DNA of 64,000 bases from Thermotogota bacterium (lineage in GTDB: Bacteria; Hydrothermota; Hydrothermia; LBFQ01), in contig JAADDJ010000010.1 of the NCBI GenBank assembly GCA_013153965.1, forward strand, positions 17,443-81,442, written 5' to 3'. Positions 1 to 9,900 of the stretch are shown piece by piece. Position numbers and translations under genes: made by a program. The first letter of the stretch is position 1. Each line of letters opens with the position of its first letter. The notes under the pieces are model-generated. The model searched no databases and had not been told where the DNA came from. It was given only the letters and a program-made list of their open reading frames with translations.

Positions 1-1
1 C

Positions 2-547
2 GGAGGCCCGTGTCTGCCCAAGGACCTGCTGGCCCTTATACGTATGTCCGAGGAGCATGGCCACTTCCCATCCTTTCTGGAGGCCATACACCTGAAGAAT
101 GAGGCCCAGAAGAGGAGAGTGGTGTGGAAGGTGAAGGAGGCCCTCGGAGGGGTTCTGACGGGGAAGACGGTGGGTGTTCTGGGTCTCACATTCAAGCCGA
201 ATACGGACGACGTGCGGAACTCCATAGCCATACCGCTCCTGACGAGGATGGGACGGCAGGGGGCGAAGGTGAAGGCCTACGACCCCATGGGAGCCGAGAG
301 TGCCCGCCGTGTTCTACGGGACGAGAACATATCCATACACGATGACCCCTACGAGGCCCTTGAGGGGGCCGACGTGGTCCTTATTCTCACAGCTTGGAAG
401 GACTTCGCCGAGCTGGATTGGGAGCGCATCCGCAAAGCGGTGAGGAACCCCTACATAGTTGATAGCGTGGGGGTCTTCCGCGATTCGGTCCCCGCGGGAT
501 GGAGGGCTTGGGTGGTGGGAAAGGGTGAGGTTGCCGGCGTAGAATAG
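2..547 (+). CDS. ugd: UDP-glucose/GDP-mannose dehydrogenase family, 5'-truncated by window edge
   Basis: Frame from base 2 reads GGPCLPKD (catalytic Cys motif), then GLTFKPNTDDVRNS and AYDP C-terminal UDP-binding motifs. Confidence 0.9.
   Translation, partial: GGPCLPKDLLALIRMSEEHGHFPSFLEAIHLKNEAQKRRVVWKVKEALGGVLTGKTVGVLGLTFKPNTDDVRNSIAIPLLTRMGRQGAKVKAYDPMGAESARRVLRDENISIHDDPYEALEGADVVLILTAWKDFAELDWERIRKAVRNPYIVDSVGVFRDSVPAGWRAWVVGKGEVAGVE
540..545 (+). promoter_or_regulatory. -10 box TAGAAT, 8 nt before the HIT gene ATG (leaderless type)
   Basis: TAGAAT aggccact ATG; no Shine-Dalgarno. Confidence 0.65.
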
Positions 548-553
548 GCCACT

Positions 554-1039
554 ATGCGCAAGCTCTGGGCACCGTGGAGAGCCAAGTTCATCCTGCATGT
601 GAAGAAGGACGAGTGCATATTCTGCACCAAACCCAAGGAGGGAGACGAGGAGGCCTACATCCTCTATCGCGGGAGGTACAACTTCATCATGCTCAACATC
701 TTCCCCTACAACTCCGGCCATCTGATGATAGCCCCCTACGCCCATAAGTCCTCCCCGGAGATGCTCAGCCGCGAGGAATACACCGAGATGTTTGAGCTGC
801 TGCAGTGGAGCATAGAGAATCTGCGACTTGCCCTCAAACCCGACGGTTTCAACGTGGGATTCAACATAGGGAGAGTTTCGGGAGCCGGGTACGAGGGCCA
901 CATACACATGCACGTGGTTCCCCGCTGGAACGGCGATACGAACTTCATGCCCGTTCTGGCCGATACGAAGGTGGTGTCGGTGGGAATTGAGGATACCTAT
1001 CGCACCTTAAAACCGCTCTTTGAGAGGGAAAGCCAATGA
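554..1039 (+). CDS. HIT family hydrolase (Ap4A phosphorylase/FHIT-like)
   Basis: LWAPWR, CIFC, NIFPYNSGH, HIHMHVVPRWNGDTNF histidine triad. Confidence 0.92.
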   Translation: MRKLWAPWRAKFILHVKKDECIFCTKPKEGDEEAYILYRGRYNFIMLNIFPYNSGHLMIAPYAHKSSPEMLSREEYTEMFELLQWSIENLRLALKPDGFNVGFNIGRVSGAGYEGHIHMHVVPRWNGDTNFMPVLADTKVVSVGIEDTYRTLKPLFERESQ

Positions 1040-1060
1040 CAGCCTTAAAATGCGGGATAG

Positions 1061-1414
1061 ATGGACGAGGATAAGGTCAAAGAGTTGATGGGGATATTCC
1101 CCACGAAGGGGGATCTGGAGGATGCCATAGCCACGCTGCAGGGGGAGCTTGGCGGATTCAAGGCGGAGATATACAACCATCTCCACGCCCTGGAGAATCG
1201 GGTGGATACGTTGGAGAGTCTGTCCCGCAAGTGTCGCTCACTGGAGAGCTCGTTGGAGGAGATTCGCGGTCGGGTCTCCCGTCTGGAGCAGGGAATTGAT
1301 AGGCTCACATCAAGGCTGGAGCGTCTCCACACGAGTGTCATTGTGGTTTTGGGTATAAACGTGGCCCTCGTGCTTTTAACTTTGATAGTGCTCCTGCTCC
1401 ATCTTCGGACTTAG
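1061..1414 (+). CDS. Coiled-coil protein with C-terminal TM anchor (CCDC90/DUF1640-like)
   Basis: FPTKGDL neck-like motif, heptad stalk, hydrophobic C-terminus; TAAAAT 9 nt upstream. Confidence 0.65.
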   Translation: MDEDKVKELMGIFPTKGDLEDAIATLQGELGGFKAEIYNHLHALENRVDTLESLSRKCRSLESSLEEIRGRVSRLEQGIDRLTSRLERLHTSVIVVLGINVALVLLTLIVLLLHLRT

Positions 1415-1426
1415 AATAGGGACGAT

Positions 1427-1765
1427 ATGACGCACGACGCGAAATTCTCCCAAGAGGATATTGAGAGGAACAAACTTCTGGCGGCCCTAAGCTACGTGTG
1501 GATCCTCTTCATCCTATACTGGATCGTTGATAGTCCCTTCGTCAAGTTCCACGCGAAGCAATCCCTCGTCATCTTCTTGGCCGAGATGGGTTTGTGGATT
1601 CTGGGGATATTCGCGGGGGGTATGATACCTATGTGGGGGATGATATCCTCCCTCCTGTTTCTGCTGCTCCTCGCCCTGCGGATAGTGGGATTCATAAATG
1701 CCCTGACGGGAAAGGCCGCCAAGTTGCCGGTCGTCGGGGATATGGCCGAGAGTCTGGGAGTTTGA
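1427..1765 (+). CDS. DUF4870-like small membrane protein
   Basis: LAALSY...FVKFHAKQSL...LPVVG pattern, three hydrophobic segments. Confidence 0.8.
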   Translation: MTHDAKFSQEDIERNKLLAALSYVWILFILYWIVDSPFVKFHAKQSLVIFLAEMGLWILGIFAGGMIPMWGMISSLLFLLLLALRIVGFINALTGKAAKLPVVGDMAESLGV

Positions 1766-2350
1766 TCACACGGGAGGTATCCTGACGGGCCTACCGAATC
1801 CCAGAGGCCCGTGCGAGGTTATTATGAAGGTTTTACCCTTGCGGTTGAGGTACCTTATATGCTCCGTCAGACGCTCCCTGCTCTCCTCGTCCAGATGGGA
1901 GTAGGGCTCGTCCAAGGCTATTATGGGGGCGCTGGAGGACAACGCCCTGACCAGCTGCACCTTACGGTTCTGACCGGACGATAGGGCCTTAAGGGGTCTG
2001 TCCAGAAGCTCATCAACCCCGTATTCGGACGCCAACTCCCTCCAGAGGGAGTTCGGAGATAGGGTCAGGTACCTGCGCACGGTTATCTCCCCCCGCAGAA
2101 CCTCGGCGAAGAGGACGGAGACGTACCCCACCCTCTCAATAGGTTTCATCTCCAGAAGGTTCCGGGAGAATACCCTTATCTCCCCCCACACGCTGACCGC
2201 CCCCACGAAGGCCTTGAGGATCGTAGTCTTCCCCACCCCGTTCTCGCCGTAGAAATTGACTATCTCCCCCATCTCAACGGACAGGTTCAGGTCCCGCAGG
2301 ATGGGCGACGTGTATCCGACGCTACACCGTACGAATTCCACGGCCTTCAT
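1766..2350 (-). CDS. ABC transporter ATP-binding protein
   Basis: GENGVGKT Walker A, LSSGQ signature, LDEP, ITSH. Confidence 0.88.
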   Translation of the reverse strand: MKAVEFVRCSVGYTSPILRDLNLSVEMGEIVNFYGENGVGKTTILKAFVGAVSVWGEIRVFSRNLLEMKPIERVGYVSVLFAEVLRGEITVRRYLTLSPNSLWRELASEYGVDELLDRPLKALSSGQNRKVQLVRALSSSAPIIALDEPYSHLDEESRERLTEHIRYLNRKGKTFIITSHGPLGFGRPVRIPPV

Positions 2351-3479
2351 GTTTTCCCTCCCGCTCCATCACATCCACGTAATAGCGTGCCACCTGCGAG
2401 GCTATGCGGTCCCAACCGTGGGCCCGGGCGGTCCTGAGGCCACCCTCTACGAGCCGTCTTCTCAGATCCTCATCCTTCAGGACCCTTACGACCTTGCGCG
2501 CCAGGTCCACCTCATCCTCCACGTTGCAGAGGAGACCATTCTCACCGTCCCTTATCACCAACGAGTATCCCTCGTTTCTGGCGGCGACCACGGGTGTGCC
2601 CGTAGCCATGGCCTCAAGGAGTACGAGGCCGAAGCTCTCGGACCCGGTGGCCGGAGATATGAAGACGTCGGCCGTCCGGTAATACCTCGGCAGAACCTGC
2701 GAGGACACTCTACCCTCAAACATCACCCTATCCTTTATGCTGTCGGGGACCATGTTTTTGTACCACCCCAGAAGGGGACCATCTCCTACGACGACCAATC
2801 GGGCGTCCGGTATCTCCCGCAGTATGTGCGGCATGGCGAGGATAGCGTACTTCAACCCCTTTCTGGGCTCCGGCCTGCCCACGAAGAGGATGTTCCTGTA
2901 GCCCTGAAGGTGGGGTAGGGGTTGGAGGTCGGGGCGGAACCTCTGCAGGTCCACGCCGTTGGGAATTATGCGGTACTCTATGTCCGGGAATATCTCCAGT
3001 ATGGGTTTGATGGCGGCCTCGGATACGGCTATGCGGCCGTGGAGCTTGTTGAAGTAGTCGCGGATGTAAGGTTTGAAGAGCTTGTAGAGGAAGTTCTTCT
3101 TGTGGGCGGCGTGGAATGTGATGAAGTTGTACCCGGTTGAGTACTTGAGGGATACCATGGGGAGTACTGGGGCCACCTGGCCGTGGATATGCACCACGTC
3201 AAATTGCATGCGGTTCATCAGGCGCTTCACGTAGGAGTTTATGCGAAGCGAGATGGTCACGGGGGCTATGGAGCCGTTGAAGAGTATCTTCACCGGGAAT
3301 CCCACCCGAAAGACGTACGGAGGATCCTTAAAATCAACTCCCCCCTTGTGGTTCGCCGTCAGGATGTAGGATTCCCACCCGAGCTTGCGCAGGTGTATCG
3401 CGAGCTGATGCACGTGCTCCGATACGCCTCCGGGGTAGGGATAGAAGACGTCCGAGACCAGCAGGACCTTCTTCCTCAT
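2322..3479 (-). CDS. Glycosyltransferase family 4 (PimA-like)
   Basis: PGGVSEH, FVGRPEPRKG, ESFGLVLLEAMATG; start moved to ATG 3479 (ATGA overlap with upstream stop). Confidence 0.88.
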   Translation of the reverse strand: MRKKVLLVSDVFYPYPGGVSEHVHQLAIHLRKLGWESYILTANHKGGVDFKDPPYVFRVGFPVKILFNGSIAPVTISLRINSYVKRLMNRMQFDVVHIHGQVAPVLPMVSLKYSTGYNFITFHAAHKKNFLYKLFKPYIRDYFNKLHGRIAVSEAAIKPILEIFPDIEYRIIPNGVDLQRFRPDLQPLPHLQGYRNILFVGRPEPRKGLKYAILAMPHILREIPDARLVVVGDGPLLGWYKNMVPDSIKDRVMFEGRVSSQVLPRYYRTADVFISPATGSESFGLVLLEAMATGTPVVAARNEGYSLVIRDGENGLLCNVEDEVDLARKVVRVLKDEDLRRRLVEGGLRTARAHGWDRIASQVARYYVDVMEREGKHEGRGIRTV

Positions 3480-4549
3480 GGCAGCAGATCCCCCCTTATG
3501 GAGGTTATTATTCGGCCGAGCGTCGTGTCGCGCAGGTGGTCCGCGGCCACGAAGACCGTGAGCATGAGGGCGAGGGCGAACGTGAGGCCTATAACCATGG
3601 TTATGGCGGGTATCACCCGCTTGGGCCACACGCGCTTTTGGGGACCGGATGGGGAGGATACGGGCTGAAGCATGGGGTTGTTCTTGAGCTCCATAAGGCG
3701 CGCCTTCTCGTACTCCTCGTACAGGGTTGCGTAGGCTTTGCTCTTTATCTCCAGCTCCATCTTGTACCTCGCCGCCTTCTGGACGGCAGGGGGAAGGGTG
3801 GAGAACTTTCGGTCCACCTCCCGCCTAAGGACGCCCACCTCCCTCTTCAGCCGGGAGACCTCCGGGACATCCTCGGAGTAGAAGGACCTGAGGAGCATGT
3901 ACTCCGACTCCTTCATGGCCAAGGTCTCAAGGAGCTTCCCCAGAGAGGGTCCGAGGATCTCCTCCGTGGCCACGGTGAGGAATCGGTTCTTACTCTCCAA
4001 CGTCTTTAGGCTGTCCTGTAGGGCGGCTATCTCCTCGCGCAGGCTCTTGAGGCGGTTCTCCAAGAACCTCCGCAGCTCCCGGCCCTTGATATTCAGGGCG
4101 TAGTTGGCCTTCCTGTTGAGAAACTCCACGTACAGCTGCGCCAACCTCTTCGCCCTCTCCCTATCCGAGTCGTAGACCCGCAGGAGTATGCTGGCACTCG
4201 GCAAAACCTCAAGCTCCACCTTGGAGTCAAGGAGTTTGACCTGCTTATCGGGGTTGTCGGTCTGGAAGATGGTGTCAAGGTGGTAGGTCTCCACGAATTC
4301 ACGCTTGAAGGAGTAGGAGGATGCTATGTCTATGAAGATCTGGACGGGGGTGGCCATCAGTCCCCGGCTCAGCTGGAAGAACATGGCGCTCTGCGATTGG
4401 AGCTGGGAGGCCTCCTCCACCGAAGGTACGAGCATCACCTCGCTCACGAAGACCTTGCGCACCATGAAGGACATCACCAACATCCCCACGACCGAGGCGA
4501 ATACCACCCCATAGAAGATGCCCCGTACCTTCAGGTACTTCTCGTACAT
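3476..4549 (-). CDS. Wzz/GumC-like polysaccharide chain-length determinant
   Basis: N- and C-terminal TM helices around a long coiled coil; Pro-rich PSGPQKRVWPKR before TM2. Confidence 0.78.
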   Translation of the reverse strand: MYEKYLKVRGIFYGVVFASVVGMLVMSFMVRKVFVSEVMLVPSVEEASQLQSQSAMFFQLSRGLMATPVQIFIDIASSYSFKREFVETYHLDTIFQTDNPDKQVKLLDSKVELEVLPSASILLRVYDSDRERAKRLAQLYVEFLNRKANYALNIKGRELRRFLENRLKSLREEIAALQDSLKTLESKNRFLTVATEEILGPSLGKLLETLAMKESEYMLLRSFYSEDVPEVSRLKREVGVLRREVDRKFSTLPPAVQKAARYKMELEIKSKAYATLYEEYEKARLMELKNNPMLQPVSSPSGPQKRVWPKRVIPAITMVIGLTFALALMLTVFVAADHLRDTTLGRIITSIRGDLLP

Positions 4550-4554
4550 GGTCG

Positions 4555-5151
4555 TTAGATCTTGAAGTCGTCCTCTGTCAGTCCCACATTAACCTTCAGA
4601 TTCCTGTACTTCACCGTCCTGACCACGTTCCCCTCGGCATCGTAGTCGGTTATCATGACAGGGAGCATGCTCTGGGAATCTATCCAGTACTTGGCCTTCA
4701 CGGCCCCGTAGTTCTTGGTGGGATCAAGTTTCTGCTCAAGTATATAGACCTTCCGCCCGAATAGGGTTCCCTCCGAGACGAAGCGAGCATCATCGCTCAA
4801 ACGTTTGACGAACCACGGTATATGGCTCTCGTATATCCTATGGCCCACGGGGGAGCGCAGACGCCTATCGTCGGGCGACAACCAGAGCTTGAGGGGACCC
4901 TTCTTGACCCTGACCTTCCTCTTCTCGGGATGATATACGGCCACACCGCCCCTGTTGGCCCCCCTTATCACCTTCATGTATATGAAGCCGGGACGCATGT
5001 ACTTCTGGATGTACTCCTTGTATTCCAACTTGCCGTCCTTGTAGGTTTTGGACTCCATCGTGGCCGTGTAATCCTTCAGAGCCGCCTCCGCCTTCTTCAC
5101 GTCGGCCACCAACTCCTTACCACTCAAACTCAAGAGAGTGATCCACAGCAT
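4555..5151 (-). CDS. LolA-fold periplasmic protein (lipoprotein-sorting family)
   Basis: DYTA, YWID..MLP, YRNLKVNVGLTEDDF C-terminal pattern. Confidence 0.7.
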   Translation of the reverse strand: MLWITLLSLSGKELVADVKKAEAALKDYTATMESKTYKDGKLEYKEYIQKYMRPGFIYMKVIRGANRGGVAVYHPEKRKVRVKKGPLKLWLSPDDRRLRSPVGHRIYESHIPWFVKRLSDDARFVSEGTLFGRKVYILEQKLDPTKNYGAVKAKYWIDSQSMLPVMITDYDAEGNVVRTVKYRNLKVNVGLTEDDFKI

Positions 5152-5180
5152 ACCGAAGATTTTAAGGCAGAAACCGCACG

Positions 5181-5759
5181 CTATTGCCTATCGTACTGCT
5201 GCCCCTCCCCCGGTACGGCCTTGAGGATCATGGGCTTTAGGGCCGTCTTAACGGCGTTGGATACGGCCTCCTCCAAGCTCCAACCCCCACCCAGAGCGGA
5301 GGCAACGTAGAGGATACGTCCGGTCTCCACGTCTATGAGCTTGGCGTTGACCCTAACGATGTAGCTGTCTATGTCCTCCTCAAAGCTTATGAAATCCAAG
5401 AAGAGGACGGCCTTCGCCCCGAGGAGTTTTCCCAACCTCACCGCCGTATTCTGATCCACCAGACCGGAGTACGAGAACTCCTGCTCCCGAAGGATCTCCT
5501 CCGTTCGGGCCCTATCAACCACGTCCATCTTCCCCGTCTTCAGAAGCTGGAGCGTTGCGGCGTCGTAGGCCACCTTGTCAAGGGAGGGTTTCGGAGCCCC
5601 CTCAAGGCGGGAGAATACGGCCACGGTCCCTATGCTGTCGGGCGAGAAGTAGGGGGAAAAGGTGTAATCCAGCACGTAGGGGTCGTTTTCAACCTTCCGC
5701 GCCAACGAGGTGCATCCCACGAAAGGCAGCAAAATCATCAGAGTTCCCAATGCGCGCAT
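5181..5759 (-). CDS. CsgG/LpoB-like lipoprotein
   Basis: Start ATG 5759 after TAGAAT; lipobox FVGC; VVDRA..ILREQ, GLVD..TA..LGKLLGA, KLIDVETG. Confidence 0.8.
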   Translation of the reverse strand: MRALGTLMILLPFVGCTSLARKVENDPYVLDYTFSPYFSPDSIGTVAVFSRLEGAPKPSLDKVAYDAATLQLLKTGKMDVVDRARTEEILREQEFSYSGLVDQNTAVRLGKLLGAKAVLFLDFISFEEDIDSYIVRVNAKLIDVETGRILYVASALGGGWSLEEAVSNAVKTALKPMILKAVPGEGQQYDRQ

Positions 5760-5769
5760 AGAGAATATT

Positions 5770-6297
5770 CTAATTCCGCCGAATATGGGCGAGGAGCATC
5801 TCGGCCACCCTCCGGAACATCTCCTCACGATTCAGAGGAGTTAGCAGTATTGGGTCGTAAGTCTCCCTTATACGACGCACGAGAGGATGGACGTCCCTTA
5901 TGGGGATGGTGGCGACGATGTCCCTCTCTCCGCCGAAGACGATGTCCTCCACGAGACGGGCGAATCTCTCGCTCAGGAGCTCCATCTTCCCGATCTCATC
6001 TATCACCAGGATCTTGGAGCATTGGGGGAGGCAGGCCTCCAGCATGGGCACGACGAGGCGCTCAAACCCCTCCACATCCACGCCGTACCTGCCCACCCTC
6101 CACGGCGATGTTATATTCACGTGGGCGAGAAGTGCCTCCCGACCGTCGGTGGTGATTATCTTGAATCCCACCCTCCTCCCGCCCTCGCGCACCTCCTCCG
6201 TCCAGAAGCCGACGAACCGACCGGTGGCGAGATTGACGAGTCGCTTTACGAGGGTGGTCTTCCCCACACCCGGCTTTCCCGTAATGAAGACCTTCAT
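5770..6297 (-). CDS. THEP1/NTPase_1 family nucleoside triphosphatase
   Basis: ITGKPGVGKTT, GFWTEEVREGGRRVGF, VGRYGV, IDEIGKMEL. Confidence 0.92.
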   Translation of the reverse strand: MKVFITGKPGVGKTTLVKRLVNLATGRFVGFWTEEVREGGRRVGFKIITTDGREALLAHVNITSPWRVGRYGVDVEGFERLVVPMLEACLPQCSKILVIDEIGKMELLSERFARLVEDIVFGGERDIVATIPIRDVHPLVRRIRETYDPILLTPLNREEMFRRVAEMLLAHIRRN

Positions 6298-6338
6298 TCG
6301 GCCGAAAGTTTAAGCTGGAACCGACCCATCTGCGGGCG

Positions 6339-6344
6339 TATAAT
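6339..6344 (+). promoter_or_regulatory. -10 box TATAAT, 7 nt before ATG 6352
   Basis: Perfect TATAAT ttacgct ATG; a divergent TAAACT box serves the NTPase gene. Confidence 0.7.
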
Positions 6345-6351
6345 TTACGCT

Positions 6352-6939
6352 ATGGCCGAGTACAAGGTGGTGGAAAGTTTGACCCTGCCGGCCAAAGGTA
6401 CGGCCATAATCGTGGTGGATATGCAGAACGATTTCGTGGACCCGAAGGGGGCCCTCTTCGTACCCGACGCCCCCAAGACGATCCCGGCCATATCGGCCCT
6501 GATTGAGAGGGCGCGGGCGTCCGGTGTGCCCATCTTCTACACTCAAGATTGGCACGACGAGGAGGACCCGGAGTTTGAGATATGGGGGAGGCATGCCGTG
6601 GCGGGAACTTGGGGTGCCGAGATAGTGCCGCCCCTCGCCCCCAAAAAGGGTGATACCGTCGTGAGGAAGTTGAGGTACGATGGATTCTACGGTACCCCCT
6701 TGGACCATCTCCTGCGCCTCAAGGGCGCCCAGAACCTCGTTCTGGTGGGTACGGTCGCGAACATCTGCGTGTTGCACACGGCCGGATCGGCCGCCCTGAG
6801 GTGGTACAAGGTTGTCGTCCCCATGGACGGCGTTTCCGCCCTCAACGAGGGCGATTATCACTTTGCCCTTCGCCAGATAGACTTCCTCTACAGAGGGAGC
6901 GTGGTAAAGAGCGTTCAAGGTATAAGTTTCGTCCGGTAA
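6352..6939 (+). CDS. Isochorismatase/nicotinamidase family cysteine hydrolase
   Basis: VVDMQNDF, QDWH, K-R-YDGFYGT, GTVANICVLHT. Confidence 0.9.
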   Translation: MAEYKVVESLTLPAKGTAIIVVDMQNDFVDPKGALFVPDAPKTIPAISALIERARASGVPIFYTQDWHDEEDPEFEIWGRHAVAGTWGAEIVPPLAPKKGDTVVRKLRYDGFYGTPLDHLLRLKGAQNLVLVGTVANICVLHTAGSAALRWYKVVVPMDGVSALNEGDYHFALRQIDFLYRGSVVKSVQGISFVR

Positions 6940-6940
6940 A

Positions 6941-9900
6941 GTGCTCTGGGTGCTTCTAAACTACGAGGACTACTTTACGAGGCGGTTGATGGAGGAGACC
7001 TTCTCGTACGGCTACACCTACGACTCCAACAACGTCTATGGACTCTACAACTACTACGGGACGGAGGACACCGTCAAGGTCTTCTCAATAGACGAATTCT
7101 TCGGCCTCAACCTCATGTCCTACCTTCGCAAGACGACGGTAAAGGCCTATGACACGTCGGCGACGGAGGCCCTATCCGGACTCGTCCCGGATATAGAGGT
7201 TCCCGTCCAGATACCCAAGAGATGGCGGTTTCTGGGCGAGGGTGTGAGCAAGATAACCCTAAGGGGTGAGCAGACCATATCCATAGGCGGCTCCAAGGAG
7301 GATCTCCTCAGCCCCGAGGGCCAGAACCTCAACAGCCAGTATCAGGTGAGCAACATCCCGAGCATAAACATGAAGCAGACCTTGAACGTGGTCATAACGG
7401 GCCAGATAACGGATCGCCTGAAGGTGGAGGTGCGCCACAACTCCGAAGCCCTGCAGACGGATCAGGACCGGATACTCCTCGCGTACACCGGGACGGATGA
7501 CGATATAGTCCAGAGTCTCCAAGCCGGAGATATAGACGTTTCGGACTTTCCGAGTACCACCTACTCCTCCTTAGGTGCTGGGGCGGGATTGCTCGGATTG
7601 AAGGGCAGGTTCGCTCTCGGCCCCGCCAAGATCGTGGCGGTGGCAACGAAGGAGAGGGGTCAGAGCCAGACCAAGATATTCCGGGCTCAGTCGCAGGTGA
7701 TAACGGATACCCTCTGGGGGAGCGACTACATACGGGAGACCTTCTTCATGCTTCCCATAGCCCCCTTCATACCCCCCGGCGAGGATCCCAACGACTATCG
7801 GATTGAGAATCTGCTCCTCTTCTACAAGCCCCTCGTCCCGACGGGGAACACCTTCGTCTATGGTAAGGCCTATCACCTGATGGACACTTTGGGACTTATA
7901 ACCGACGACACCACCCGCTGCTTCGCGTCGGGCAGATTCGTCCAGATGGACCCCTCATCCTACCGGTTCTACACGGGGAGTGTGGTCCAGATAACGGATC
8001 CCCCGAACGCGTCCCTCTGGTGGCTGGGGGCCGTGTATAGGCTCGTGAAGTCGGATGGGAGCGACACGATAAACGTCGGGTACATCCCCCCCGCTCCGGA
8101 CAGCACGGATCCCATACGGATGCTCCTTATCAAGCTGGACAAGATGCGCTCCTCCGACACATCCCTCACGTGCGCCCTGAACATCAATCTTCTGGAGCTG
8201 AAGAACATATACTCACTTCCCTACCAGTTGGATACGAGCGTCAAGGACCTGACCTTCAACATATACCGCGACAACCCCACGACGAACGATTCACTGGCGC
8301 AGGACGGCATCAAATTCACGACGCTCCTCGGCGTTGACCCCGAGGGCGACGGCAAGATAAACGACATAGTCCCCGTGATCATCAACGGGGATACGGTGAA
8401 TTTCCGAGTTCTTGAGATATTCCCCGAGGGAGGGGGATACCTGATATTCCCGAAGTTCTGGCCCTTCGCCGACACCGTCCTGAGGGATAGGGACAGCATC
8501 ATATATCTGATGGACAGGGAGTACTGGAGGGAGTACCACCGGGAGAAGTACTACATGGTCTTCACATTCCGGAAACCCCAGAAGTTCATAAATCTGGGTG
8601 GGACCTTGATAGACGGCTCGGTTGAGGTCTTCAGGAATGGCCAGAAGCTTCAGGAGGGTAAGGACTATCGGGTGGATTACTCAAACGGCATCGTCCATTT
8701 CCTAATCCCAATAAACGAGACGGACGAGATACGTATAAACTACCGCTCCCTCGGCGCCCCTCTCGCCGAGAGCAGGGCCATTCTGGGTTTGGCCACCACC
8801 ATGGACCTGTCCGAGAACTTCAAGGTCACCCTCAACTACCTGTCAAAGTCCAGAGCATCCGCGTATCCGAGACCTCAATTCGGAAGCGAGCCCAACAGCT
8901 ACTCGGTCTTGGACGCCGGATTGACCTTCAACCACACCTTGGACTATCTCAACCGCTTCCTGAACTCCCGCACCCCCCTCAGCTTGGAGAAGAAGAGCGA
9001 ATTCACCTTGAACGGGGAGGTTGCGAGGTCCTTCCCCAACCCCAGCACGGTGGGCGAGGCTTACATAGACGATTTTGATAGGTTTGACGATAATCTGGAC
9101 AATTTGATCTGGGAGTACAGGAACTGGATACACGGCTCCCTGCCGTACCTTCCCGACTCCGTGAGGGCCGACACCGCCGTCCTCGCCAACCGCCAATCTT
9201 GGTACTCGGACCGTATGGCCGTGAAGGGGGACATACTGGAGATAACGGACGAGCAGGAGCGCACGGACCCCGTGCGGGTCATGAGGCTGATAGCCGAGCC
9301 CCGCATAGAGGGGGTCCCGAACTTCATGACCATAATGATGGGCTACAAGGAGGAGCAGAACTACAAGGAGAAGGAGTACGTGGAGGTATTCGCCCGAGGG
9401 CACGGGATAATCATATTTGACGTGGGAACCAACATACCGGAGGATGCGTACGTGAGGGCCTGCGACGGCAACTTCTACGGCCTCGGCCAGCTCAACACCG
9501 AGGACTTGAATCTGGACAACCAATTCACCGAGACCCGTGAGGACGTCGGTTTGGATGGCGTTCCCGGGGAGGATGGGACCTGCAATCCCGGCTCCGGCGA
9601 CTGGGGGAACGACGACTACACCATATCGGACCCGGCGAACGCGGACCCCTTCCTGATAAACAGGTACGAGGGAAATCACCACGAGGACTCGGAGGACCTG
9701 AACGGCAACTTCCAGCTGGACATGGCGGAGAACTTCTACTCCTACGTGATAGACCTGGACACCATGACACCCATATCCGAGAAGAACGGTTGGAAGCTCT
9801 TCAGGATCCCCCTGCCCAAACCCACCCGGGTCTATGGCAAACCGGCGCTTGACAGGATAGCATACTTCCGCCTGACGTGGTACGGATTTACCCGGACGGA

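Noticed and set aside
5887..6351. Long N-terminal extensions in the ORF track (also starts at 3629, 5828, 24413, 34525, 40934, 42554, 48490, 52035, 59146)
   Set aside because: They overlap neighbouring real genes; family motifs and -10 boxes or stop/start overlaps indicate later starts
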